DNA from: Chrysomallon squamiferum
Taxonomy: Eukaryota > Animalia > Mollusca
Reading direction: 5' to 3'
DNA length: 64,000 nucleotides
NCBI GenBank assembly: GCA_012295275.1
Contig: CM022672.1
Coordinates: 33,480,001-33,544,000 of the forward strand
Below the pieces are notes generated by a model. It was not told the origin of the DNA. It ran no database searches and saw only the letters and a list, made by a program, of their open reading frames with translations. This document shows, piece by piece, positions 1 to 13,239 of this stretch (its first letter is position 1; each line of letters begins with the position of its first letter). The translations under genes and the position numbers were made by a program.

Positions 1-387
1 TTCAACAAAAGCAGATGGGTGATAGAATAAGCAAAGTATATATACTTGATATGACTGTGTGTGTGTGTATGTCTATGTGTTTGTCTGTCGGTGTGTGTAT
101 GGATTGTGCATAAAAATACACGTCAAACAAGCACATATACGGAAAGATGCACATATAATCATTGAAACACAGACACAAACTCATACGTTATACACATTCT
201 AAATGTCCAAACTGAGAAGAACGAACAGAAACATTCTTCTATACCTATGTGACATTTCTAACTTAGTCAACTCCGAAAAAGATACCGTAAGTTACCATAA
301 ACTGTATCAGAAAGATGTTTGCTAAGCAGGTAGCGAACCGGAGAGATTCACACACCTATAATTTAAATTACAGTAAACAAAAATATA

Positions 388-420
<33 letters not shown>

Positions 421-765
421 CTCTACATCTCTGTATGCAGAAGGGTGAGGAGATGTCACCTGCAGTTTCTCAGTATATGTATGTGTGTCTTAAACTTCAT
501 TTATCAGCACTAAATAAGGAACATCAAACCTTTAGACACCAACAGCAGATTCCAGATACAGGAACAGTATAACTGTAAACTAGCAAATCATTTCGGCTTG
601 ACATAATAAAAGAAAATAAAAACATTTCTATGATCAAACATACGCCCCGACTGAATATTAATAAGCGTGAACAAAATGACTACATGAGTTAGAAAAATTC
701 AGACAGCAAAATATTTTATTTCATTTTTACTTTCGTTTTACAGTTACGCAAAAGTTCTTTCACTT

Positions 766-912
766 TCATAGTAACTCTCCCGTCAAGCAGTCACGTGACG
801 TATCGTCAGCCTTCACCAGCAGAGGTGTGCAACCGTCTGCTTTGACGATGCATCCGTCTGGAGGTTGAATTGCTCCCGCATTGATACCATATCTGTGTAC
901 AACGACAACAAT

Positions 913-1005
<93 letters not shown>

Positions 1006-2372
1006 TATAATAATAACAGTAATGATGATGATGGTGATAATAGTAGTAGTAGTAGTTTTAGGGGTCTCGTTTCATATGAAGACCATAACGAATGGAGGCT
1101 GGTTTTTTTGTGTGTTTTTTTTCAAGAACGTGTTGCCATCTGATAGAGGGAGTGTCATTATGATGGGACTGGTCCTGTTTATCTTCGAGGTCATAGTAAA
1201 TACATAATATTATAATAATAATAAAACTGAATAATAATAATAATAATAATAACAATGATAAGAATCATCATCATGACCATCATCATCATCATCATCATAA
1301 TCTTCGTTATCTTGACCATCATTTGTTTTTAGAAATTTAAAATGATTTTATTTGTTTGACCAATACAGGACATTACATACCCGCAACATGAAAGTCCATC
1401 TGAACAGTGACACTCTATACATTTATTCTCGAATTTAACAGAATCTCCCGGTGAGATCACAACACCGTCAAACTGGCAGTACGCTTTAATATGTCCGTCA
1501 CCTACAACAACAGCAATAATTTAGTAAATGTCCAGTTTAACTACACTCTCATATTATGATAATATGACTGAAACTATGTTAATCTTTGCTCCCTAAGAAC
1601 ATATTTAATCTTTTTTCTTTCTTATCGCGTCCTAGATACAAGTGACAGCATGTGTGTGTGTGTGTGTGTGTTTGACTGTCTCTGTGTTGTACGTGTTTGT
1701 TGCTGAGGGATATATATATATATATACACACACATACATATAGATATATATCTTTTTTACTACCCACACACACATACATTTATATAAATTGCCTAAATTG
1801 TTAATAAAACGAGCCGATAACCTTTACGAATAATAAACAAATAAAAACATTACTTTTTAACAATAAACAAATACAATCAACATTGGTTTCTTTTTTTTTT
1901 AACAATAATAAACAAATGTAGATTCACTTTCTTTTAACATCAGTAAACATATACAAACAGCACCTTTTAGTAAACGTTCAACCTTATCGTTTCTGCCCTT
2001 TTGAAAACAGGTAATATGAAATATATGTTACAGTCATCATTCTTCTCTGTGTCCTCTTTCCACCTGTCAGCCAGGTTTTTAATGTCACATTCATAAAATT
2101 CCTTTGTTTTAACTAGATATTTACTTAAAAAATAAAAATACAGACTTAAATTTCCTTTCAAGCTGACATATATATAAATATTAATTAATTTACGAAGACA
2201 AAGAAGATAACCTATACTACTAATAACATACGTTTGTTTTGAACACACCTTGGTTTCGGACTACAGAAATGATTAACGTACCTGTAATGTTGACTTTTAA
2301 CTCGTCCATCAGACAGAAAGAATCTGAAGTGTAAAGAAACGCAGAAAACGTTAGGACAGCGAAAACCAACAT
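766..2372 (-). CDS. Beta-microseminoprotein (PSP94/MSMB)-like secreted 10-Cys protein, subfamily A, copy A1 (intact, 112 aa)
   Basis: Hand-spliced exons 2372-2282, 1501-1381 and 892-766, all GT..AG, phases 1 and 2, 339 nt. Protein: MLVFAVLTFSAFLYTSDSFCLMDELKVNITGDGHIKAYCQFDGVVISPGDSVKFENKCIECHCSDGLSCCGYGINAGAIQPPDGCIVKADGCTPLLVKADDTSRDCLTGELL*. It has a hydrophobic signal peptide and 10 Cys in the C..C..CxxCxC..CC..C..C..C spacing with a VKxDD..C tail typical of the PSP94 family. Family assigned by motif recognition, not a database search. Confidence 0.85.
1065..1172 (+). mobile_element. Short Tc1-like transposase remnant in intron 2 of copy A1 (same remnant at about 7305-7415 in A2)
   Basis: Matches, in reverse complement, part of the longer Tc1 fragment at 57660-58090 (QERVAI/DRGSVIMMG resembles the Tc1 'QExxxFGGGSVMVWG' motif). 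Confidence 0.5.
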
Positions 2373-4164
2373 GTTTGCTTCTCTCACTCGATGAATTTAT
2401 GACCGTCGAACTTACTTAACTTCGCAACGACAACAAAAACAACCAAGCGTCTTGAAAACCACGAAGTAAGTAGTTAGGCTGGTGGAAAGAAAACGAAAAA
2501 AAATTCATTTGACTGATTTGAAATAAACACCAAATAACAGCCAGCTTCAAATTATCATAATTCTTATTGATCAAAGTATATCTGGTAAGGACGTAAATAC
2601 AGATTGACATAAAATCCTGTCATTTACTTTTCACATTACGTATAGCAGCTCATGCACGGAACTGAGTTTATTGTTTTGTTACAAAAGAAACCTGCCTGCT
2701 GTGACGAAACTTTACAATGCTGACTCGTACGAGTGTATTATACGTGTGCGGCGGCTTTGTACGTTCACTGGTAACACATCGCTCTTTACAAAATTAATGT
2801 CTTAGTTAAAGTCTAAATGTTTCGCTACACACGTGTGTCAGCTTAAACCTTTAAAAGGCGGAGAGAAGCAAACATAAATATCACCGTTTTTTCTTTTAAA
2901 CATTATGAAACGAGTACTTGTTTTAATCAGTTAAATCAGGCAAAACGAAATTGAAAACATAAAAAGATATATCAAATAAAAAATAATAATAATAATTAAA
3001 CAATTTAAAGAAGTCTATAAATAACGAACGGAAAATACGAAAAATAAAGACGGACCTCGAAGATGAAATATATAATAATATTCAATGTAAAAAAAAAGGT
3101 AAAAGAATAAAGCAGAAAAAAGTATGAAAAAAGAAAAAAGTAATAAAAGAAAGAAAATAACAATTGTTATAGTAGTATTTGTAGTCGTATTAGTATACTA
3201 TTTCTACTGCAACAACTAGTAGGTAGTAATACGAAACAATAACAATTTAAAAATAAAATAAAACTAGCTTACATGTAAAGTTCTTTTAAAGTTTCTCATC
3301 GGGTGACCTGCTTTCTATATTTTGATTTATCTGTGTCACCACACTTACTTCTAATTGTAACATCTGGCAAACCGGGACATACTTGAGAGGCCAGACGAAG
3401 TTTAGGAAGACTCATTAAGGTTAGCTCGCTCTCAGATACTCTTGTCAAAAAATTAACTGTGCATCATATAATGTTCCACAGTCACACGTTTTCTGAAGTT
3501 AATGAAAGAAAAACAACAGAAAAAAACCAGTACATATTATGAAAGCACTGATTTCAATATTTTGATCATGGTTCACTCCTCGCACATTCGTTTCATGCAG
3601 AGTTCACAATTCTCTTCATGATGCAAAATTTTTTTTTTTCGTTAGTATAGTTATAAATACGCTGACACAATTTTGTTTTTTAATTATTGTTATGGTAGTG
3701 TTTTTTTTTCATTATTTAAGGACTCGTTTGTGCATAGGGCGTATACTACCAATGAATAACACAGAGTCTGCCATCAATTGTGCAACCAGACAAAGACAGT
3801 CTACTTTCTTTTGCCAAGAAAAATACGTGACAAAGAACTTTCTCTTTTCTAAGAAACCAAGGAAGCTCATGGATCCATAAAAGGCAGTAAACTGCTTGAG
3901 ATAAAATTAAATCTAAAGCAGAAACCTTTAACATCATCTACAGTGAGCGAAACAAAATTACGAGAGTGAGTAAATATGTGGAAAGTTAAATCTACTGGAT
4001 GTTGATTAACAGTAAGGTAAGTTTTTAAAAATGTATACGGACTGGGAAACGTATTTTATTTGTAGTTAAGAAAAACTAAATAAATCAATCAATAAATAAA
4101 TAATAAAAAAAAAGCCCAACAAACAAGTAAATAAATAAATACAATGAAATTATTCTGAAAAAAA

Positions 4165-4265
<101 letters not shown>

Positions 4266-4272
4266 ATAATAA

Positions 4273-4303
<31 letters not shown>

Positions 4304-4454
4304 AAATATTTGTTTATATGTAGTATATATTTGGTTTTATGACAATAATTTAAAATATAATACATTTAAAAGTTATCGCAGCATTCAGATCTTGAACACT
4401 TTTTAGATATTGGAATAGGCACACGAAAACATACTTGAACTCTTTTATGATATT

Positions 4455-4749
<295 letters not shown>

Positions 4750-4772
4750 ATTAAAATATAATTACTGTACAG

Positions 4773-4893
4773 GTATGGTGTTGCCGGTGTTGCAATTTTC
4801 GTTCCTGAAGGATGTATCGTGAAAAAGGGAGACAACTGCAAACCGATGTTAATGGATAAGAACAACACCACTCGAAAATGCAACTTTAATTAG
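4773..4893 (+). pseudogene. Orphan exon 3 of a subfamily B MSP-like gene
   Basis: Acceptor tgtacag|G, then YGVAGVAIFVPEGCIVKKGDNCKPMLMDKNNTTRKCNFN*. No + strand exon 1 or 2 upstream in the window. It begins just after a (GA)n tract and is an inverted copy of 62781-62901. Confidence 0.75.
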
Positions 4894-6095
4894 CATAGAT
4901 GAATCCGAACAGTTGGTTGAAAACAAAAAATAAAATTATCTCCTGTTTCCTTCTTTATCTGTTTGTTTTGTGTTATTTTTGAAACTGCAACCATCATCGT
5001 CATCATTGTCATCATCATCGTATGCAGCAGCAACAACAAGAAAAATAGCTTTATATTGTGTATCAGAAATGATTTCATGAAACATCAATGAAAGGCAACC
5101 AACAGCAAGAAAGGAAGTTGGCTCTGCAGTAGCAGTATAAATATTTATTATCTAGTTTTAACATATTCGCCGGCCAGCATAACCTAACAGTCCTATTCTA
5201 CAATGAAAAACATATTTTAATTTATTATTGTTATTAGTATTACTGTTATTGTTATTGCTATTACTATATTATTATCATTATAATAATCATTACCATTATT
5301 ACTGTAATAATAATTATGATACTACTACTACTACTACTACTATTATTATTATTATTAACTATGCTCGTAAAACTTTTCATGTATCTAATATTTTTATAGT
5401 GTCTAGATGTTAATAAGGAATACAGATAATATATGAAAACGACAGGCAGACAGAAAAGCAGACAATCAAACACACAGATAAATAACAGCATATATAAAGA
5501 TAGATTGCAAAGAGAGGTGATATTTGTTTTGTGCTTGTGTGTGTATGTGCTATTATACTTCATTTCATTTCATTTTTGTTTTTAAATTTATTTTACTTTA
5601 TATTTTGATCTACCTGGTTGTTGCAAAAATCCTTATCACTAAAACGCTGACCTTTTCAAAACTAATTAATATAAATTTATATATAGATACATAGACAGAT
5701 GGATGGATAGATAGATAGATAGATAGATAGATACAAACATACATACACGAATATATTAAATCGAATATCATTAAAATATTTGTCGTCGTTTCACTATTGT
5801 TTAACATACAGACCTGTTCTGAAGGTATCAGTTCTCATTATCAAACAGCCTGCATCCAAGGTTACGAGAACATCAGCAAAACTGAGATGAACAAACACAA
5901 ACATTCTTCTGTACCTATGTGACATTTCTAACTTAGTGAACTTGGAAAAAGATACCGTAAGTTACCATAAACTGTATCAGAAAGATGTTTGCTAAGGTAG
6001 CGAACCGGAGAGATTCACACACGTATAATGTAAATTACAATACACAAAAATATATCAATTTAAAACAAAAAAAAAACAAAAAATCTCTACATCTC

Positions 6096-6165
<70 letters not shown>

Positions 6166-6181
6166 AATATATATAATAGAA

Positions 6182-6233
<52 letters not shown>

Positions 6234-6234
6234 G

Positions 6235-6347
<113 letters not shown>

Positions 6348-6788
6348 CTCTCTCTCAAAGACACACACACAAACACCCGGACAGATACACGTTCCAGTAT
6401 AATAATTATATGTCTTATTGATTTGATTTAATTTAATTTTTATTTTACATTATTTATCTTATTTTTATTTTTTATTTTTTATTATTATTACTTTTTTAAA
6501 CATATTTTAATTTATCCTTTTTCAGTTTAAATTGATTCTTATTTCTATTTCATTTCCATTATTCAAGATTACTTATTTTTTTACAAATTGTTTTTTCATT
6601 TCTACTTGAAATCTATTCTTTAGTTTACTTCTTTTTTTTTTGAAAATTTATTATTTTATTTATTTAATTTTTAAAATATTTTAAATTTATTTGATATTAT
6701 TATTTTTGTTTTGTTTATTGTTTTTCATGCTGTCGTAGCTGGGCAGCTGGTGTGATGTTGGAATGATGATGTATGTGTGTCTTAAACA

Positions 6789-7028
6789 TCATTTATCAGC
6801 ACTAAATAAGAAACAGCAAACCGTTAGACACCAACAGTAGATTCCAGATACAGGAACAGTATAACTGTAAACTAGCAAATAATTTCTTTTATAATAGAAA
6901 AAATTAGAATGTACAACATGAAATGATATGGTCGAATCATCCTGGCTTGACATAAAAATAATAAAAAAACCATATCTGATACCATATCTGTGTACAACGA
7001 CAATAACAAGAACAACAATAACAACAAC

Positions 7029-7102
<74 letters not shown>

Positions 7103-7484
7103 TAATGATGTTGATAATGGTGATAATAGTAGTAGTAGTAATAGTAGCAGAAGTAGTAGTAGTAATGGTGATGGCAGTAGTGTTAATAATATGTATGCAC
7201 ACACACACACACAGACACACAAACACACGGGTTTTGCAGTTATGAAAATTGAAAAGTAGCTTCACTTTCAACTGGTTTATATAAAATAAAATAAAAATGT
7301 TTTAGGGGTCACATTTTATATGAAGACCATAACGAATGGAGGCTGTTTTTTTTGTGTGTTTTTTTCCAGAAGGTGTTGCCATCTGATAGAGGGAGTGTCA
7401 TTATGATAGGACTGGTCCTGTTTATCTTCGAGGTCATAGTGAATACATAAGATATAATAATAATAATAAAATAAAAAAATAATA

Positions 7485-7528
<44 letters not shown>

Positions 7529-8016
7529 TAAGAATCATCATCATGACCATCATCATCGTCATCATCATAATCTTCGTTGTCTTGATCATCGTTAGGTTTA
7601 GATTGTTTTTAGAAATTTAAAATGATTTAATTTGTTTGACCAATACAGGACAGTACATACCCGCAACATGAAAGTCCCTGATATGAACAGTGACACTCTA
7701 AACATTTATTCTCGAATTTAACAGAATCTCCCGGTGACATCACAACACCGTCAAACTGGCAGTACGGTTTAATATGTCCGTCATCTACAACAACAGCAAT
7801 AGTTTAGTAAATCCAGTTTAACTGCTCTCTCATATGTGACTGAAACTATGTTAATCTTTGCTCCCAAAGCACATATTTAATCTTTTTTCTTTCTTATCGC
7901 GTCCTAGATACAAGTGACAGCATTTGTTTGTGCGTGTGTATGTGTGTGTGTGTGTGTGTGTCAGTGTGTGTGTGTGTTTGACTGTCTGTGTGTTGTACGT
8001 GTTTGTTGCTGAGGGG

Positions 8017-8054
<38 letters not shown>

Positions 8055-8415
8055 TACATATAGATATATATCTTTTACTACTCACACACACATACATTTA
8101 TATAAACCTTTACGGATAATAAACAAATACAAACATTACTTTTTAGCGCCAATAAACAAATAAGATCAACATTGGTTTCTTGGTTGTTTTTTAACAATAA
8201 TAAACAAATGTAGATTCACTTTCTTTTAACACCAGTAAACATATACAAACAGCACCTTTTAGTAAATGTTCAACCTTATCGTTCCTGCCCTTTTGAAAAC
8301 AGGTAATATGAAATATATGTTACAGTCATCATTCTTCTCTGTGTCCTCTTTCCACCTGTCAGCCAGGTTTTTAATGTTACATTCATAAAATTCCCTAGTT
8401 TTAACTAGATATTCA

Positions 8416-8448
<33 letters not shown>

Positions 8449-8685
8449 AGACATAAGTTTCCTTTCAAGCTGACATATATATAAATATTAATTAATTTAC
8501 GAAGACAAAGAAGATAAGCTATACTACTAATAACATACGTTTGTTGTAAACACACCTTGGTTTGAATGTCGGACTACAGAAATGATTAACGTACCTGTCA
8601 TGTTGAATTTTAACATGTCCATCAGACAGTAAGAATCTGAAGTGTAAAGAAACGCAGAAAACGTTAGGACAGCGAAAACCAACAT
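6789..8685 (-). pseudogene. MSP-like subfamily A copy A2 with exon 3 deleted (probable pseudogene)
   Basis: Exon 1 8685-8595 (MLVFAVLTFSAFLYTSDSYCLMDMLKFNMT) and exon 2 7784-7661 (DDGHIKPYCQFDGVVMSPGDSVKFENKCLECHCSYQGLSCCG) are intact. The exon 3 acceptor at 6987 is kept, but only YGI remains before a deletion. The frame then runs into former downstream non-coding sequence to a stop at 6789, so the three family Cys of exon 3 are lost. Confidence 0.8.
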
Positions 8686-8935
8686 GTTTGCTTCTCTCAC
8701 TCGATGTTTTTATGACAGTCGAACTTACTGAACTTAGAAAAGATAAGAAAAACAACCATATGTTGTTTTCTTCCTTTTTATTTTTTAACCCTTGTGTATT
8801 GTGTTGTGTGTACGTGTGTGTACGTGTGTGTTAAGGAGAGACAGATAGAGACAGTCAGTGAGCGTTACAATGAAAGAAAGAACTTGAGAGAAAAAGATAT
8901 AGAAAGACAGAGAGAAAGAGAAAGCTAGAGAGCTT

Positions 8936-9064
<129 letters not shown>

Positions 9065-9238
9065 AAATATCATAAATAATGTTATATTTTTGTTGTCATC
9101 GGGGTTTTGTTGTGTCCATATATATCGGTGTCCGTGTGTATATGTGAGTGTGTGAGTACGTGTGTGTGTGTCTCTGTGTGTGTAAATCTGTTTGTGTGTA
9201 ATATTGTCAAGTTTATGTATATACACACACACACACAG

Positions 9239-9276
<38 letters not shown>

Positions 9277-10611
9277 ACACACACGAATACCAAGATAAGC
9301 GAAACGAATTCCTGAAAAAGCTCATTGTTTTGTTTGTTACTTTTCTTTTAACTTTTTATCTCAGATTTACGTAAAAATGATGTGCACTTCTAGCACATGA
9401 CAGTTATTAAAAACGATTAGAAGCACATTGTCAGACTTGGGTGAACCAATCTAAAACGCGTACACGGTGCCTCTTTTATTATTATTATTAGTAGTAATAG
9501 TAGTAGTAGTAGTAGTATTTTTAAAAAAAATTTTGCTTATGTGAAATTGCCTCTTTAGTCGGATCTATGTGCAAAAGTCACAAGCGACTGAGTCTACAGA
9601 ATTACATTATTAGTAATAGTAGTAGGTATTAGTAGGTGTAAAGAGTTGTAGTAGTAGTAATAACAATTATTAAAATAATAGAGATTTACTTTTTTTTTTT
9701 TTTTTGCTTATTTGTTTATTTATTTATATATTTTTGTTATATTTAAATTTACTATTTCTTATAGTAAACTTACGACTTTAAATAACACAGCTATCCACAC
9801 TTCTTCAACCATTCTTCTTCCTTGCTGACATAGCAATATAAAAAAAATACCTCGCAATAAAATATAAATTTACATTACTCATAGGGATTTTGGTTGTTGG
9901 CTGTATTTCGTAAATACAGATAACGTCATTTAAGCAGCAAGAACTGAAGTTAGTTGCAGTGGTACAACACTGAAGTAGTCACATGTTAGCTCCAGACATG
10001 TTTTGGGTAATATTTCTAGTATCTGTTATAATCAACCGTCTCGGTTTCTTAATTACACAGTCATCGGGTGCACAAAGTGGAGTCGTTGGCATTTTGGAAG
10101 CTAACACCTCTTATACGCTTGGCCCTGAGGCATTGCTTTTCAGTGATGTTTCATCAAACCGTTTGTGATAGACACTATGAATCTATTTTTGTTGCTGCTG
10201 CTGCTGCTGAATATGACGATGATGATGATGACGATGATGTTACAGTTTCAAAATGTCCATTTGCATCTATTGTATGTTTGTGGGGGTGTGTGTCTCTCTC
10301 TCTCTGGGAGGTTATGAGACATACATTACACATACAGATGTACATTAACAGTTGTGCTATGATGTATGCATTTCTGACAGTATTAGTTTTAGTGATAATT
10401 GTAGTTACAGTAGAAGTAGTAGCTGCATCAGCAGCATATTTAATAGTAATAGTAGAAGTACTAGTAGTAGTAGCAGAAGTACTAGTTACAGCAGTAGCAG
10501 TACTATAATAACAGTAGTTGTAGTCATAGTGACAGTGGTTAGTAGTGGTCAACTCTTAGTAGTAATATAGTAATATAGTAATAAAAGCAGTCATATGTTT
10601 GACACACGCAG

Positions 10612-10892
10612 GTATGGTTCGAGTGTGGGAATGGGCCCAATCGATGTACCAGAGGGATGTGTTATCAAGAAACATGGTTGTGACAGTCTGATTGTGAAAA
10701 CTGACAATGAGTTACAGAGGGATGTGTTATCAAGAAACATGGTTGTGACAGTTTGATTGTGAAAACTGACAATGAGTTACAGAGAGATGTGTTATCAAGA
10801 AACATGGTTGTGACAGTTTGATTGTGAAAACTGACAATGAGTTACTGAACTGCTACACGGGAGAATACATTCACATTGTCCAGTGGAAGTAA
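10612..10892 (+). pseudogene. Orphan exon 3 of a third MSP-like subfamily (C), frameshifted by an internal triplication
   Basis: Acceptor cacgcag|G, then YGSSVGMGPIDVPEGCVIKKHGCDSLIVKTDNEL. Collapsing the repeat gives ...LNCYTGEYIHIVQWK*, homologous to A-type exon 3 (DCxTGE). As assembled, it stops at TGA 10754-10756. Confidence 0.75.
10651..10845 (+). repeat. Tandem repeat, 3 x 65 bp
   Basis: Units start at 10651, 10716 and 10781 (agagggatgtgttatcaagaaacatggttgtgacagt[c/t]tgattgtgaaaactgacaatgagttac), near-identical. Confidence 0.95.
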
Positions 10893-11157
10893 CACTACAG
10901 CATTAACGTTTGCAATTCAAGGAATTAAATTCGTCAAGCCTTCGCAAAATATTCGTTTTCCGTCAGAAACTGTGCAGACTGAAATCTATCTAACTGTCTG
11001 TCTGATGGTCTAATCCGTCTGTCTTTACTTGTATCTCTGTGTCTGTTTATCTATCTCTCTGCCTGTCTGTGTGTCTAATTCAGTATGTATATTTGTATTT
11101 CTCTCTATCGCAGTCTGTCTGTCTGTATATATATATCTATATACATACATACAGAGA

Positions 11158-11270
<113 letters not shown>

Positions 11271-11545
11271 ACACACACACACACACACACGGACACACGG
11301 ACGCAAACGAAAATTTTGTTACATATAATTATACAAATTATGGATCACATTTTTCTTTTTTAATTATAAACATTTGTTGTTGTTGTTGTTCTCATATTTC
11401 TTAAAACAAAGATAAAAATCTAACCGAACGAAAATGAAAACGAAACAAAAAACCTAGAAGAAAAAATGAATAAGGAAGTAGGAGATAATATGTTTTTGTG
11501 TTTGTTTTTGTTTTGTTTTCAACAAACTGTTCGGATTCATCTATG

Positions 11546-11709
11546 CTAATTAAAGTTGCATTTTCGAGTGGTGTTGTTCTTATCCATTAACATCGGTTTG
11601 CAGTTTTCTCCCTTTTTCACGATACATCCTTCAGGAAACGTAAAATGAAGCACTGGCAATATCATAGCTGTAAACCGGAAACTAATAACCACAAAAACAG
11701 TAATGTACA

Positions 11710-11741
<32 letters not shown>

Positions 11742-12197
11742 CTTTCACATAAAATGACCTATTACTATAATCAACTATACTAAACACATAAGAAAGAAAT
11801 TCATGATGAAAGTCTCCTGAAATTTATGGATTTTAGAACACTACTTAAAATGTGTTTCAGTTCATAGTTATCATTCGTAGTGCTTGAATATGTATGTATG
11901 TATGTATGTATATATGTATGTATGTATATTCAGCATCGATCGGTAAGTTGGTAGGTAGATAAATATATCTATTTCCCTGAAAATGTGGATATGTCGCCTT
12001 TTGCAAGAAAATATATCAAAAACTTTACAGTTTATGAGAAAGAAGAATAAGAACAAAAACAAAAACAAGAAAAGGAAGAGCAAGAAATAGTAATAACTCG
12101 CAACATGAGAGCCGAAAAATAGTGCATGTGCACTTTGATCACTTCCCCTGTTGTTTGTCCGATTTTCTACCATCTTCACCTTCACAGTATTTTTTCA
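11546..12197 (-). pseudogene. MSP-like subfamily B pseudogene (exons 2 and 3)
   Basis: Exon 2 12197-12098 reads KKYCEGEDGRKSDKQQGK*SKCTCTIFRLSCC, with an in-frame TGA. Exon 3 11667-11546 is 122 nt, a +1 frameshift relative to the 121-nt paralogs. Inverted copy of 52534-53196. Confidence 0.8.
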
Positions 12198-12374
12198 CTG
12201 TATATAAAATAATATAAATATGCACTGTTTATTCCGCCATTATTAAAATCAACATGATCATACTGACGAAAATTACGTCGTTGATGATGAGGCTATAGAA
12301 GTAGTAGGAGTGGTGGTAGTAATAATGATAATGATGATGTTAATTATGATGCTGATGATGAAGATAGTACTAGC

Positions 12375-12411
<37 letters not shown>

Positions 12412-12453
12412 ATAGTATTGGAAAATGCCGTCATAGAAAAGTAGAAGTCGTAA

Positions 12454-12492
<39 letters not shown>

Positions 12493-13198
12493 CAGCAGCA
12501 GTAGTAGTAACAACAAAAGAACTAAGGTGACAATAAGATACCGACAACATCTGGATGACGACGATAAGATAACGTCGCCAGCAACAACAACAACAACATA
12601 AACAACAACATAAAAAAATAATACTAATAATTATAATAATAATAACAGTCTATGTTTAGAAGTAGTGGTTAATAGTAGTAGTAGCTGTTGTAGTAGTTGT
12701 AGTAGTCATAATGGAACAGCATCAGCAACTTATCGACCCTGTTTTCAAAAACTTCAGATCTTACTCTGACCTTTCTATTCCTGAACTCCTCTTGCGGGTT
12801 TTGTGAAGCATTTATCGTAGATAATTGTTTTTTTGTTTCTTTTTTTAATAATACGAAACAAAGAAAAATAGCATATTTCATTGTGAAATGATTAATTAAA
12901 AGAAAACAAACCCCGCTGACTGAATAACAAAAGGAATCAACAGAGGATTATTATTAGTTTTATTTCTCTTTTTTTTTTTTTTTTTTTTTCTTGCTTTGCG
13001 CTAGGACATGTTGTAGTGGATTAATTGCTGTATATTTGTAACATTGTGTACGTTTCTGGTTTTCAATATGTCCGTGTGTGTATGTTAATTTAGAATGTGT
13101 ATAACGTATGAGACTTTGTGTGTGTGTTTCAATGTTTATATGTGCATATTTACGTGTATGTGATTGCTTGACGTGTATTTTTATGCACAATCCATACA

Positions 13199-13239
<41 letters not shown>

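Noticed and set aside
9983-10168. ORF with a hydrophobic start upstream of the C-type exon 3, considered as its exon 1/2 or a C1q-like fragment (similarly 14335-14625)
   Set aside because: It lacks the family Cys pattern and a compatible donor, and the resemblance to C1q is too weak to support.
10651-10845. Regular direct repeats resembling a CRISPR array (also 48461-48550)
   Set aside because: The units are contiguous with no unique spacers, there are no cas genes, and the context is eukaryotic.
12669-12881. MKYAIFLCFVLL.. ORF as the missing exon 1 of subfamily B
   Set aside because: No conserved mature-region Cys or clear phase-1 donor, and the sister copy at about 51894-52103 is not in the same continuous frame.
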